Shown in pieces: positions 22,591-37,400 of a stretch of 64,000 nt of DNA (position 1 is its first letter; each line of letters opens with the position of its first letter). The stretch spans positions 15,686,001 to 15,750,000 of the forward strand of contig NW_026889779.1 in assembly GCF_033153115.1 (NCBI RefSeq), in the 5' to 3' direction. The stretch comes from Saccostrea echinata. Its lineage: Eukaryota. A program made the translations under genes and the position numbers. The notes under the pieces are model-generated. The model had not been told where the DNA came from and made no database searches. It worked only from the letters and a program-made list of their open reading frames with translations.

Positions 22591-23030
22591 GTACAGGGTG
22601 TTTCATAATATCTGTCCCAATGACTATTTAATATGTGGTTTTACTTTACTAAATAATAGTTTATGGCTAGAAAAATCATATTTCATATTTGGGGTGGATC
22701 TGTTGGGTAATTTGTTGAACAGCCAGCTTTATATTACTTTGAAAGTTTTTTGTGTATGCTGATGCTATAGTCGGTAAATGAATTGCAAACTAGAACTGTC
22801 CAAAAGGGACAAATACCCCCCGCTGGGTTTTTCAGAGAAGGTACCAAATCACTAATGTTTTCTATATGCGAGAGGTGTTCACAATTTGCTTAAACATTTA
22901 GAGTGAAAATTTAATTACTCATTATATTTTTTTAATGAATGAAACTAAGGTGCAGCCTAATAAAACATCAATACTAATAATTACAGTGTTTTTTATTACA
23001 TTGAAAAAATAGTTTACCACTATCTGTCAT

Positions 23031-23522
23031 CTTTGTGAGTCATGACACTCTGCAAATTGATTGTTGAAAAAAAAAATCATAATTAATTATATAAAATCAA
23101 ATTGATCTTAATACCTTTATCTCAAACTCATTTTAAAAATAAAAGGCTGGTCATCCAGTAACTATGTATTTTGACAGACTATAAATTAAAATAGAGTTAG
23201 AGAACAGAGATCTTTATTTCTTTCTGCCCAATTCCTAGGAGATATAGATAAGACCTGCTTGATCAGAGATGCCCTACTTTGTGAGTCATGACACTCTGCA
23301 AATTGATTGTTGAAAAAAAAAATCATAATTAATTATATAAAATCAAATTGATCTTAATACCTTTATCTCAAACTCATTTTAAAAATAAAAGGCTGGTCAT
23401 CCAGTAACTATGTATTTTGACAGACTATAAATTAAAATAGAGTTAGAGAACAGAGATCTTTATTTCTTTCTGCCCAATTCCTAGGAGATATAGATAAGAC
23501 CTGCTTGATCAGAGATGCCCTA
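23031..23522. repeat. Apparently perfect tandem duplication of 246 bp
   Basis: 23031-23276 repeated at 23277-23522. Confidence 0.9.
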
Positions 23523-23749
23523 ACAGCTTCCCACACTGAACTCATTAATTAATCTTTAACTGGATGCATGTCCACTCATTACTCCCAAGGGACAAATGGA
23601 TTTACACTATCTGCTGTGTAATGTAAAAACTGTTTTTAATACTTCCTGATTTTTTTTTTAGTTCTAATGAGTAGTTTTAAGCTGTAGTTCACATTTTTGT
23701 ACAGATGTTCTAGACTCTATGTCTCAAACCTTAGACATGTACCCAAAAT

Positions 23750-24150
23750 GACTAAGTCAATAAAAATGAAAAAAACACCTCTAAAATGCAGAAAAATTAT
23801 TAAATAATGTTGAAAATACCAGGTGGACATCTTCATATGGTAAATAATAAGTGTACAAATTTTCATACAAATCTACGCAATAGTCTCTGGGAACAGATCC
23901 GGACAAAACCACATAAAAAAAAAATGAAAAAAAACACCTGTAAAATGCCAAAAAAAAAAATCCAATCATGATGAAAATACCAGGTGCACACCTTCAAATG
24001 GTGAATAATAAGTGTATAAATTTTCAGACAAATCCTTGCAACAGTTTCTAAGAAATGGTCCGGACAAAATCTCGTCTACAGACAGACGGACATGCTGATT
24101 CCAATATACCCCCCCCCCCAAACTTCGTTTGCGGGGGGGGGGGGGTATAA
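23750..24150 (-). mobile_element. HINE-like repeat fragment
   Basis: Two ~150-bp internal units, GACA/GACG microsatellite, terminal hairpin TATACCCCCC..AAACTTCGTTTGCGGGGGGTATA. Confidence 0.5.
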
Positions 24151-25248
24151 ATATGCTGAATACGCTTTTTAACTAGTGTACAGATAGAGATCAAAGTTAG
24201 TGGTGATAAAAGTTTCAAACATAGCCACTTAACGGTTAAATGATAGAAGAGGTGGTCCCACTTTTCATAACTTGGAATACTTCTAAAATTCAATAAAAAA
24301 AATCTGATGACAATACTCAAAAGCAATTAGACTCTCAAGGCCATAAAGCTATGTTCTCACTCAAATGATCTACAGTGTATTAGTGAATTTTATTGGAACT
24401 TGTATAATTTTAATCTATTATACACTATTGTGCTTATCACCACAGAATACATGCTGTGGAACTGTTCATTTTCTATGTGGATAAAAATGTATGATTGTAA
24501 CATGTAATAGGATGTTTATCCTACGCAATAAAATAAATTGAATCTGATATTATTTTCTCACCTTCTACCTCATAATATGCAATATTGAAAACTGAGTTTG
24601 TTGATTTTATTTAAATTTACTGTTATTTGTATATATCCTAAAATATAACCCTCATCTTTTATGTTTATACATAAATTTTTGTACAACACCCATGTTGACA
24701 TTTCTGAAATGAATTTTAGGGCTGAACTTTTTTAACAATAGTGATAAAAAGATCCTGAAAATGAAGATACAATATTCTTTCTTATGACACATTTTAAATT
24801 CTTATGTACATGTCAGGCTTTAAAAGCTTAACACAGATCAATTCCTCATTCCTTAGGGATCATGCATCTCTTTGTTATCATTTTGGTATTTCAACTTGAT
24901 TCATAACCATTGCTTTCTTGAGTTATAGGAGTCTTATTGACTAACAATTCTAATCAGTAATGGAATAAAAACATTCAAAAATAAGTGTCTCACACTTCCA
25001 ATTGAACATGAATAACAATAAAACAATTATCACATACTAGTCCTTCTTCTCAGATGAGTTTCTTGCATATGTAATAGAAATTCACTCCAATGGTCTTTAA
25101 ATGAACCCACATCAATAGTTACACTCGCTCTATTTCTTACAGTTGTATGAATGTGAATGCTCAGAATTCTTCCTCTATTTCTTCCATGAAGTAACAGATC
25201 ACAGACAGATGTTTAAAACTGACATATAATTTTAAGGAAACACTTTTG

Positions 25249-25585
25249 TTAAGTTTTAGATTCCTCTTGAGTCTCACTAGTCCTTGATTCCTGGTCAGAT
25301 TTCTTAAACTCCATGTCAATCCTTTCTTTTGCTCGATATACCTGAAAATATTGACAATAATTTTTTTCTTTTATATTCATAGATATTGTGAAAGTAATAA
25401 AATACATTAATTTCTTTATACCCAGACTTGGATATTTTTTTTTTATAAATGAATTTCAGAAATATCTTAATTTCATTTCTCCCCTTTCCATATCAATAAA
25501 CCTTTCATTTAATAAATCTTTTTATCACAAAATTTGACCAAGTAACCCATCCACTCCCTTCCCCTCTTCCCTCTCATAAATCCTT

Positions 25586-25649
<64 letters not shown>

Positions 25650-28600
25650 TATTTACCTTGGACTGCAAGTACAGGGAACCTCCTTTTGCTTTATCATTGA
25701 CTTCAAATAAATGTTTGTAGTTTTTCTCAATGGTTTCTACATCTTCTAAATTGTTGACATTTAGGATTTGCTTGGCCTCCTAAAATAAAGTACATAAATA
25801 TAAACAAATAAGCAGACAGATGACTTAAGACAATAAAATAGGATGCACAATGTAATAAAGAAAAGTATATTTTCAAATGATTTTTTTCAGGAAAACATGA
25901 TGCATTTAATCTTATGTACTACAATGTATAGGCAGTTAAATTTCAATATCTTTAACACTAATATCTCGAATACCATGAATATGTCGAAGTTTTTTTTCTC
26001 GGTCCTATTGAGTTCGAGATAATGAGGTTAGACTCTGTTGTATATTAACCAGCTATGAAATCTTCTTGACCTGTTCAATAAGTTCAGTGTAAGTGTATTT
26101 ACAATCCTAAGTCTGCTACACGTAAGGATAAATTTCTCTGATTAATTCCAAAAAAAACCTTACAAACAAGAGGTTGATGAGCCACAATGCTCATCTGAGT
26201 CACCTTAGCCCTGCAGTTTTTCAGAGGTAGATTTTTAAAAGAGTTTTGATGGATATGACAAGTCCAAAAAGCACTTTTTTGTTAGTGTTTAGAGCTTCCT
26301 TAATAAATTAGAAATATGCCCTTTTGGTCATGTTGGTTGACAAAAGCTTAAGTAGCAGAGAATGCATCACCTGTAAACTAATTCCTGAAACAGTATCATT
26401 AGCAGCTCTTCTAGCACCCTGTCTCCCTCCCCCTGCTCTCTGAGCGGCCTGTTGACTTGCCCTAAATTCCTCCTGGACTGCTCTAGTAAAGGCACGAGCC
26501 ACCACTTGAGCACCGCCAATAATAAGTTCAATTAATGGTTTCTGAAATAAGAAATATAATGATTCAAATTCTTTTGATCATTCATCAAAGCCTTTTCATA
26601 TACTGTAGTATCAATAAACATTAACCATTTATGAATATTTACATTTGTTGTGTTTTTCTACTAAGCCAACTGTGAAATTGATTTGAAAGTCATTTTTGTG
26701 TATACTCATGCGTAGAAATATGCACGGTGAAACTCGCGCTAAAGTGACGTCACAATGAGGATACAGAGAAGTTAATAAAAATGTAACGATATAGGGCAGC
26801 AAGAAATTCAAATACCGAGTATATTATTGGTGCTTTTAAACTTGTAAAATGTAAATATAAGGAATGTTTTTAAGTTTAGTGTGAATTATTGGTGTGTAAA
26901 TCACACAGACTTGCACGTAGGCATATTTTTCATGAAGTGCTAGCGCGCTTCACAAAATATGCCTACGTGACAAGTCTGAGTGATTTACACACCAATAACT
27001 CACACAAAACTTAAAAACATTCCTTAATTATAATGTTAGGATGAGAGCTAAGGTACTACAGAAATTGAGGAATACTTAATACACACACTTTTTCATCTTT
27101 ATTTAATGATCTTACTCCCAATTTTGGGGAAATAAGTGGCATTTTAATTTTAATCTAGCGCAAAGTCAGAAATGTCAATTTATATTAGTAGACTACAATA
27201 ACTGAGGGACAGCTCTTTTGCAGGGCAATTTGATTGGCCTCAAATTGATATACTGTAGTGATATATGAAATATCAGTGTGACAGGTTTTTGATACAATCT
27301 GAAAATAATAAGCCCATATTCCACAATGCTCACCTGAGTCACCTCCTGTTCCTCAACATAAGATTTAAAACAAAATGTTCATATCTTTAAATACAAGATT
27401 TTTTTTTTATCTCTTATTATGGGCCCATCCAAAAAAGGTCATGTCATATAACCTAACTTTAAAACATCCTAAGAAAATTGCCCAATGCTTCAATATCACT
27501 ATGACTAAGATAAACTTCCTGTTCTGTGGCTAAGGGTGAAATGATTAAATGTGTAAACAGCAATGTTTCAATTAACTGTTCCAAATTTTTACAAAATGAG
27601 TAAATGTGTACACATTAAGAATAAAATAAATTGAATACATCAGTTGTCCAGTTTTTAGCTCTACTGGTCAGAAACCAGAGGAGCTTATGCGATAATAAGG
27701 TGTCTGGCGTCCGTCCATCTGTCTTGCTGTCTGTCCGTCTGTAAACAATTTTTCAAAACGCTACTCCTCCTACAGTTTTGGTCTGATTTCAATATTACTT
27801 GGCACACAAGTAGACTACACTAAGATACGTATTTCAGTGCACCGGTTTTTGATTTTGATGAACGGTGTTGCCATGGTTACTAAAAATAGAAATTTCTGTG
27901 AAATTCCTTTTAAAAACTACTCCTTCTACAGTTTTAGTCTGATTTCAATATTACTTGGCACACAAGTACACTATACAAAGATACATAATTTGGTGTATCG
28001 GTTTTTGATTTTGATGAACGGTGTTGCCATGGTTACTAAAAATAGAAACTTCTTTGAAATTCATTTAAAACGCTACTTCTCCTACAGTTTTGGTCTGATT
28101 ACAATATAACTTAGCACACAAGTAGACTACACTAAGATGCATAATTAGTGCATGAGTGTATGAATTTTTTGAGCAGTGTTGCCATGGTTACTAAAAATAC
28201 AAATTTCTGTGAAATACTTTCAAAAAGGTACTTCTCCTACAGTTTTGGTCTGATTTCAGTATAACATGGCACAGAAGTAGACTACATTGAGATACATAAT
28301 ACTTTTTATCATTTTTTTTTCGGGGGGGGGGGGGGGGGGCATTGTTGCCATTGTAACTATAATAGAGATTTTTGTGAAATACTTTGAAAATGCTACTCCT
28401 ACAGTATTTGTCAGATTTGAATATAACTTGGACACAAGATTTCAAACTCAGATAAATGATTCAATTTATAGATATTTGATTTGGAATAATAGTGTTGCCA
28501 TGGTTACTAAAAATAGAAAGAACCATGCACCCTCACTCTCGATTCCCACCTAAATTTTGCACACATTTAATTCCATATAAATGGCAGTATGGCAATTAAA

Positions 28601-29560
28601 ACTTGATTGAATGCAAAGAAGAGTTCAGTATTGATTAATTAATAATTTTAAAACCTGTGTCAAAAACTTGATTGCTCTTATTTACAACTCTTTTCAAAAG
28701 GGGGGTTTAAAATTTTATCTACTGAAATCAGGCTTCAAAAATCATTAGATTTTCAAATCGCATGGAAATGGATAAATAACCCTTAAATCTTTCCGTATTT
28801 ACATGTTAAACTTATTTAAAATTCAATGTCTTCGTCGTCAGAGGTTTAAATGAATATGTCAGTGCTATGAAAAAATCAACAACTTGATTTTGGTTTGATT
28901 CAAAACTTTAAAAGGTAAGAAACAAAAGTTTTATAGAGACAGGGAGTTAAAAGGATGTCCAAAGCAAAATGTTGAAGGATGTCCAAAGCAAACGGTCGAA
29001 GTCCAGGCAAGATTTCCCGAATCACTTTGTGTGCCACTGGTCTGAGATTCAGAAGAGATGTCTATCCAAAATTTTTAGTCTCGACAAATCTCGTTGAGAT
29101 TAGAAAACTTGGACAGTCACAAACACTCAGCAGTCTTGACAACCAACAAATTTTATTCAGGCGACTTGAAATTTTTCCGGCAATCTGAGATCAGTACCAA
29201 GGTTGCCGGAATGGCGAGACAAGTGTTGAACCCTGTAGCGATTGTACAGGGTCTGTGGAAAGTTGAATCTGAGTTGTCAAAAGATATTCATGATTATCCA
29301 AGAAAAAAAAAATATTTCTGAAAATTTGTGAACATGGTTTAATGCAACTTAACATACAATCTAAGTTATGATGCAATAAAAATCATTTAATATTATTCAC
29401 TGATACACCATATATGCCATTTATGATTCTGTTTATTCGAAAATATCTATTCCATCACACTCATCTGACAATGATGTCCGATTATTTTTCCTATTTATCG
29501 CAGCAAAATTAAACGTTTTCTACATTACCATCACGATAATGATAATAACGTACTTACCAT
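25249..29560 (-). CDS. PAM16: Mitochondrial import inner membrane translocase subunit Tim16/Pam16 (Magmas), 129 aa
   Basis: Exons 29560-29558 (ATG|gtaagt), 26541-26371, 25779-25657, 25341-25249. Protein [27 protein letters not shown]...[13 protein letters not shown]...[31 protein letters not shown], diagnostic of the J-like Pam16. Confidence 0.95.
25933..26037. mobile_element. pogo/Tigger-like MITE remnant
   Basis: ATATCTCGAA...TTCGAGATA motif pair; a longer relative lies at ~42300-42470. Confidence 0.5.
26857..27027. repeat. ~170-bp palindrome (foldback/Crypton-like non-autonomous element)
   Basis: TAAGGAATGTTTTTAAGTTT...GTAGGCATATTTT | AAAATATGCCTAC...AAACTTAAAAACATTCCTTA. Confidence 0.75.
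27652..28520 (+). mobile_element. HINE-like element with ~156-bp tandem array (about 5 units)
   Basis: TTTTAGCTC...GAGCT head, GTCC/GTCT microsatellite, repeated CTACTCCTCCTACAGTTTT...GTTGCCATGGTTACTAAAAATAGAAA. Confidence 0.75.
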
Positions 29561-29894
29561 AGTTTTACGTAAAAGACCGTGGAAGGACACCGAACATGCG
29601 AAAAATCAATGTGAATTTTGTGCTTGAATTAGAATTTTGCTTTCCGAACCCGATTAGAAATTTTAAAAATCCAGAGAAGAAATCAGGAAGAAAACTTAAG
29701 TTGCGTAACTGTTCTGATCTTTCAAAAGTCGTTTTTAATATACAGAAATTGAAAAAAAAGTAACGTTAAACGAAATGAACAATCGAGGAAATGAAACAGC
29801 TTTCTGACTCTCAATTCAAACATTGTATTAACTCGGATGAACATGACAGCAGCTTCCGGTGTGCAATATATAACTTTCACTTTAAACGTTCAAG
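29561..29894. promoter_or_regulatory. Bidirectional promoter shared by PAM16 and LRRC59
   Basis: Divergent ATGs only 334 bp apart; ETS-type CTTCCGG near 29853. Confidence 0.75.
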
Positions 29895-32800
29895 ATGCCG
29901 AAAGATAATTTGAGGGATAAGCTTGAAGGAAATGAGCTCGACCTAAGTCTCAACAATTTAGATACAGTTCCTGTTAAAGAATTGGTATGTACGATTTTTT
30001 TTTTTCCTTTTGAACATAAGTCGGGCAGATTTTTTGTCTTGTGAAACAGAGGCCACGTCTGGTACAATCTGACAATCCCTTGATTAAAATATGCTGACGG
30101 TGCGACAGTTTGGGTGGGTGCAGATATGTTTATTATTGGATACCTATTCAGTTTTAACTTAGATCCGCCTCTTCAGGCGTCTAGACCGTGAAACGTCTAG
30201 ACCGTGACATCACATGACGTCGTATGTTAGTTACATTTTCATAATTATAAAACTTTGAAAGATGCAAATTTTTTTACAAAGAACATTTAATCTACTTTTT
30301 TATGGAATATCCATTAATTTAAGGTACCGTAAGTTTCTTTTTTGATGAACGCAAGAATGTAGTTAGCAGCGAGATTCATTTGCGTTGCATAGCATGGGTC
30401 TCAAAGTTATTGCAGGAAAAAATCATTCTTATACACCTGTTTTATATAATCCATTTTGATAGGCTAATTTTTGATAGGCTAATGTTTAAGGCAGTTAAAC
30501 AAGCATTAACGAGGGTGAAAGCATTTGATGGTGAAGTCATAATAGCGAGCGCCGCAAGTAGCCCAAAGCGCCGCTCATCACTGTGAGCTCTAACGACAAC
30601 GCTTGGGCAAAGAGAAAATTAGGACTACTGCACATTCATTCAATAGAATTTTTTTTCGCAGTAATTCTGGACCCACGATGTACCGCTTGTTGTTCTCCCT
30701 GCTATAAACTTCGTTCAACAACAACAAAAAATCACAAAAAATAAACTCACCTTAATTTAATGGATATTGCATAAAAATAGTAGATTAAACGTTCTTTGTT
30801 AAAATTTTTGCACTTTTCAAACTTTGTTTATGGAAATGCAGCTAACATATGACGTCATGTGACGTCAAAGTCTAGACGTTCCAAATGTCTCATGCAGTTT
30901 GAAGAGGCGGATCTAAGTTAACAATGCGCTCGCCCCAACAGTAGCACCGTCAACATATTAGAACAATGCAAAAACACAACACTTGACGTATTTCATGTAA
31001 CAAAACTCAACAAAATAAGACATAAACATCAAACACAATGCACAGACTGCATTAGAATGGGAATAACTATCTTCTCATTTGTTATTTGAAACCATTAATG
31101 CTGATTTAACAGTCACAAACCCAGATTTACCAGCAATGTGTAAGCGGAACCTGTAAAAAGTTTGTTTATGACAGTAAATGCAAATAACAAATGGGAAGAC
31201 AGTTATTCCCTAATTTCGATCATTGTGCAAAGTCTGAATTTTCTCTTCGATCAGGTGTTGCTTTAAGAGCTCACAGTGTCAAGCAACACTCACTATTTCA
31301 TAGTACCATTGTGTACCTCCTACTTTATCTTTTGACTGTACAGATATATGGGCTTTCCTATAGCAAAAAACTTTGCCATTATACTCATATTGGGGGGGGG
31401 GGGGGGGTATAGTGCTCACAGTACCTCTAGTTTGTGAAATAGCATATATTAGTACAATTTCATTGCTAGTTTGGTCTTTGACTAGGTAGTGACATGCTTG
31501 AAAATCAAGCAACACCTTGAGCTGTCAAACAGTGATGTATGATGTATATTTTGCTTAGAGCATGTTATAGCATGAGAAAAGTGAGCGTAAATTCATACAG
31601 TTTAATTGATGCAAAGAGGGTCCACTTCAAGAGTTGAGACCATAACATCAATTTGTGAGTAATACGCAGAAGTTGATGAAAAACAAACTTTGATTTGTAC
31701 TCAGTGACACTTTTTTCTAACAAACTCATTGAAATCTTTCTTTATAGGCTGCCATTCCAAAAGCGACAAGGCTTGATTTATCCTGCAATCAACTTGTATC
31801 TCTACCAGTAAGTGGTTACAAAAATTTCCCAATATAGTCACTTATTATTATGATTAATATACAAAGTATTAATAATTTAATTTAAACTATATTTTATTTG
31901 ATGATTCATAGCAATGAAAACAAACATACAATGAAGGAAAATCAAAAAAAAAAAAAAGATTCAAGAACAAAGTACAAAACTTTTACCAATCTGCCTCCGT
32001 AATAATTGATAATGATGCTTATTAAGTACCTGGTAGTTCAGAATAAATACCATTGAAGGCAGTGAATAACACTTATGATATTAGAATATGTCAGACAATG
32101 AAAAATTTGATTTTATATTGCAGGACAATTTTAGCTCATTGACCCACTTGGTAAAGATTGACCTCAGTAAGAACAAATTAACAGAACTTCCTGACAACTT
32201 TGGAAACCTACAGAATCTTCAGCACCTTGATCTCTTAGGAAACCAGCTAACTCTTCTTCCCATTAGTTTTTATAAGCTGACCAAACTAAAGTGGTTGGAC
32301 CTAAAGGATAATCCACTCCAGCCTGACCTTAAGAAAATTGCTGGAGATTGTTTGGATGAAAACCAGTGCAAGAAGTGTGCAGCTCAAGTAAGAAAGTGAC
32401 CAGGGAAATTGCTGATTAATAATGATTTTTTTAAAAAAATTATTTTTACNNNNNNNNNNNNNNNNNNNNNNNNNNNNNNNNNNNNNNNNNNNNNNNNNNN
32501 NNNNNNNNNNNNNNNNNNNNNNNNNNNNNNNNNNNNNNNNNNNNNNNNNNNNNNNNNNNNNNNNNNNNNNNNNNNNNNNNNNNNNNNNNNNNNNNNNNNN
32601 NNNNNNNNNNNNNNNNNNNNNNNNNNNNNNNNNNNNNNNNNNNCCGGTAACCGGATACTCGATCGAACATCCGAGTATCGAATACTAAAAATGGTACTCA
32701 GTTACTCTGATGTGTATTTTTTCTTATTTCAAAGTACAAATTTTTGTCAAAAACTTTAAAAATTAACTTCAATATGCACACGGTAATTAGCGTGTCGTCA

Positions 32801-34418
32801 TCAACACCTGTAAAACACCAGTTATCGCCTGTGGCTGTGTACATACAGTAATTAGTCACCAATCACCTGGTACACAGCTGTTCTCACCTACTGTGGCCCT
32901 ATTTTTGGAAGGCTTCAATGATTGTTTTCATGGAACATCGTTTAAGTATGGTCTATTATCTTCAAATCATTTTTAAATTATTTATTTAATAAACGACAGC
33001 GAAATCGGACATGCATAACCCACTTCAAAAGTGAAGAAATATTTAGAAATAACTAAAGATTAAAAAAAAAGTTAAAAGTCAGTTTGCGTAGGAAGTTAAG
33101 TGTATACGGGGGAAACAACCAACAAATGAAATGATACTAGACTAGCGATCCCAACAACGTCCGTTCCTCCTCTTTCGCTAGTCTTATCATCACAAACCTA
33201 TATGTACGTAACAGATTGTACTAGCTCCTTTTGCGTTTAATCCTAAACAAGAACTGTAAACCATTCGTAATTTTTTATGTATTAATTGTGTCTTTCGTGT
33301 TTATTTGATAAATAAATTTAGTACCAAATGATCATTTGTGTTGGAATCTATGTTTATATACATTTATAAACGTGATAAAAACATCTTTGGGGTTAAACAG
33401 AGCTTAACTGGGCTCAAGAAAATTAAAACACTTGTATTTACATTTTTGCCGAGTACCCGGGTACTCGATCGGAAAAACGTCCGAGTAACCGATTATCAAA
33501 AATTGACNNNNNNNNNNNNNNNNNNNNNNNNNNNNNNNNNNNNNNNNNNNNNNNNNNNNNNNNNNNNNNNNNNNNNNNNNNNNNNNNNNNNNNNNNNNNN
33601 NNNNNNNNNNNNNNNNNNNNNNNNNNNNNNNNNNNGGTCACGCCAAACCCCGATGGTCTGCGCCAAAACCCGATGGTTTGTTGTCGATACGGATGCCAAA
33701 GTCTGACGGTCATGCCAAAGTCTGATGGCTCGTTTCCTATGAGACGTGTTGCACTAATGAGCGATGGTCTGATACGCCAAGGTCCAATGGTGCGGAGAAA
33801 CAATCAAGGTTTATGACGTCACAATAATCCAACATCAATCCTTGACGCCGTTGTCCTGCATTCAAAAGCTATCAATTCAGTATTCATCCTTGCATACAAT
33901 CTTACTGATTTTGCTTATTGCATGCACCCACCAGATATATTAGGGTTAGTCCTCACACACCACTCGACTGATGAGGGTTAATCCTTGTACATTATTTGAG
34001 TAACAATGAGTAACTTCGAACTTACCTGAGAGATTTAGGGTTAGTCCTCACACACTATTCGACTGATTAGGGTTAGTCCTCGCATACTATTCGACTGATA
34101 AGGGTTAGTCTTGCACCCACCCAAGATATCTAGGTTATAGTTGTTACACACATTTCTACTGATAAGGAAGAGTCTCGCATCTATCCAAAAGATTAGGATT
34201 AGTCCTTGCATTAAATATTTATTTGTATTTATTTTTAAAAGCAATCTGACCTTGGCATGGTGCAGCATTGCAGTTTGCCGTAGTAGTACTATGACGTCAT
34301 AAATGTTAATTGTTTTCTACACCATCGGACTTTGGCGTGTCAAACCATTAGGATTTGGCTCAGACCATCAGACTTTGGCGTGACCATCGGACTTTGGAGT
34401 CCCATCGCACTTTGGAGT

Positions 34419-34495
<77 letters not shown>

Positions 34496-37400
34496 CAGAG
34501 TAATTTATTTGCATTAATTTTTGCAAAATAAATCTGGAAGAAAAAGAACTCTTACTTTTCAATCTTTGTTTTTGAAAACATGTTCTTGAAAACATTTTTT
34601 TCTTTATTAGGTTCTAAAGTACCTCAGGGATTATAATTCAGAACTTGAGAGGTTAAAACAAAAGAAACTAAGAGAAGAACGAGGTATTTAATAGATTACT
34701 AAAGTAAAGGAATATATTCCTTTCAGTAGCAATTTTTCAAAGCATCCTGATTACGTTTTAGTAAGACTTGTTAAAAAAAGCTATGTACAACTTGCATATT
34801 TTATACATTTACCTTACACTCATATTTGAAATTTTTTCAGACATATTGTATCACCATATCAATGAATAAAGTACTTTTAATTTTCAATTCTTGAAATTTA
34901 CTCAAAACATCAATGTTACTTTATATCTGATGTTATCTACTGCCTATTTAGAATGAAGGCTTTTAGTTCTATGAATTCAATGTATCTAAACCTTGTGCTG
35001 CTTATTATTGCCTTTATAGCAAAGCAGAAATCATCAGGAACTGCTATCCTTCAGCAGCACTTCTACTTGAATATAATGGAATATATGATCATTCAATCTT
35101 ACAGAGGCAAAACAACGACAAAAAGATCAAGAAGAGGCAGAAAGAGAAAGAGTGCGACGAGAGAGAAAACAGAAGAAACTTGAAAACAAGAAGAGGAAGG
35201 ATGAATCTGCAGCAGAGGGGGACATGTCTTCTTCACCTGATAAGAAACATGGTAAAACGAGAATACGAGCTGTTGAACTCAGCTGAAAATGAGCTTTTGC
35301 ATATTTTTTTTAGCTCACCTGAACTGAAAGCACTAATGAGCTTTTCTGATCACCAGTTGTCTAGTGTCCATCTGTCTGTCCATCCGTCTGTAAACTTTTC
35401 AAATTTCGACTTCTTCTCAAGAACCACAGGGCCAGTTTTAACCGAAGTTGGCACAAAGCATCTTTGGTAAAAGGGATTGAACAAAGGAACAAGTCAGCTT
35501 CCAAGGGTAGATAATCATGAAAGGGCAAAAATAGGGTGGGATCATTAAAAGATTTTCTTCTCAAGAACTGGGATATAAAATAAAAAGTGAAACTTTTTTG
35601 GAAGTTTGGTGGGGGGGGGGGGGGGGTGTTTAAGTGGGGCCACAATAGGGGATCAAAGTTTACGTTGAAATGTATTAGAAAAAAATCTTTAAAATCTTCT
35701 TAATAGGTGTATCTTAAGTGGAAGCTTCCTGGGGAATTGTAGATTCTAAATTGTTCAAATCATGATCCCTGGGGTTAGGCTGGGGCCACAATAGGGGATC
35801 AAAGTTTTACATTAAAATATATTAAAAAAAATCTTTTCAAGAACGACTGGGTCAGAAAAATTGAAAATTTTGTGGAAGCTTCCTAAGGAAGTGTAATTTG
35901 TAAACTGTTCAAATCATGGACCCCGGGTTTAGGATTACGCCTCAATGTGGGATCAAAGTTTTACATTGAAATATATAAGAAAAATCTTTAAAAATTCTTC
36001 TTAAAACCCACTTTTAGTTGTGTAAATACATCGCATTAATATTCCCCAAAAGGTGTTAAAAGTTTTACTTTGAAATATCTCAGAATTTTCTTTTATAAAG
36101 TCTTCCAAAGAAACACTAGAGAACCATTAATTTGCAGGCATTCCCATATTGTGTGAAATTAGTTTTTAGCTCACCTGTCCCTTGACCATCTGTCTGTCTG
36201 TACCTCTGTCTGTTCACTTTTCACATTTTAGACGTCTTCTCCAGAACCAACCAAACTTGCCACAAAGTACTCCTGGCTGAGGCAGATTCATATTTCTTCA
36301 AATGAAAGGCCATGCCCTCATTCAAGGGGAGATAATTAAGAATGTGAAAATTTGCAGGCATCTTTTAAAATCTTCTAAAGAATCATTTGGCCAAAAAAGT
36401 TGAAACTTAGTAGAAACCTTCATTACATATAAATTCATTTTTTTCAAATCCTGACCCACCGGGTAGGGTTTGGCCACAATGGTGGATCAAAGTTTTACAT
36501 AGAAATATATAGGAAAAAAATCATTAAAAAAATCTTCTTCTCAGGAACAGCAGAGTCATGATTAGTCATATTGATGTGGAAGCATCCTCAGGTATAGTAT
36601 ATTCAAGTTTGTTCAAATCATGACCCACCAGGATAGGGTGGGGCAAAATGGGGAATCAAAGTTTTACATAGGAATATATAGGGAAAAAAACTTCAAATAA
36701 CAGAAAGGTCCTGATAAGTCATATTAAATTGAAAGCTTCCTCAGGTTATGTAGATTCAAATCATGACCCCTGGGGGTAGGGAGGTGCCCTTTGAGTGATT
36801 AAAGCTTAATTAAGGAATACCTGGGGAAAATCTTTAAAATTCTTCTCCTGAAGAAATGCAAAGTCATGACTAGTCATACATATTTATATGGAAGCATCCT
36901 CATGCAGTGTAGATTCAAGTCTGTTCGAATCATGACCCCCAGTGGTAGGGATGGACCACTATGGGCAATCAAAGTTTACATAGGAATACATAGGGGAAAT
37001 CTTTAAAAGTCTTCTTTTCATGCCATGATTAGTCGTATTTAGTTGGAAGCATCTGAAGGTAGTGTAGATTTAAGTTTGTCCAAATCATGACCCTGAGGAG
37101 GGAGGGGGGGGGGGGGCACTATTCACGATCAAAGTTTTACATGGATACAAATAGGAAAAATCTTTAAAATTCTTGTTTTCAAGAACAGCAATGTCATGAT
37201 TAGTGATATTTATATGGAAGCATCCTCAGGTAGTGTCCAAATCATAACCCTCTGGGGTAGGGTTGGGCAATCAAAATTTTACATAGGAATACATTGGAAA
37301 AATCTTTAAAATTCTTTTTTTCAAGAACAGCAATGTCATGATTAATTGTATTTATATGAAAGCATCCTTATGTAGTGTAGATTTAGTTTTGTCCAAATCG

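Noticed and set aside
27837-28553. ORFs with repeated VAMVTKNR peptide
   Set aside because: Translation of the ~156-bp tandem repeat.
32409-33803. ORFs spanning N runs
   Set aside because: Created by assembly gaps.
33940-34210. CRISPR-like ~36-bp periodic repeats
   Set aside because: Eukaryotic context, degenerate tandem units without unique spacers, inside a transposon, and no cas genes.
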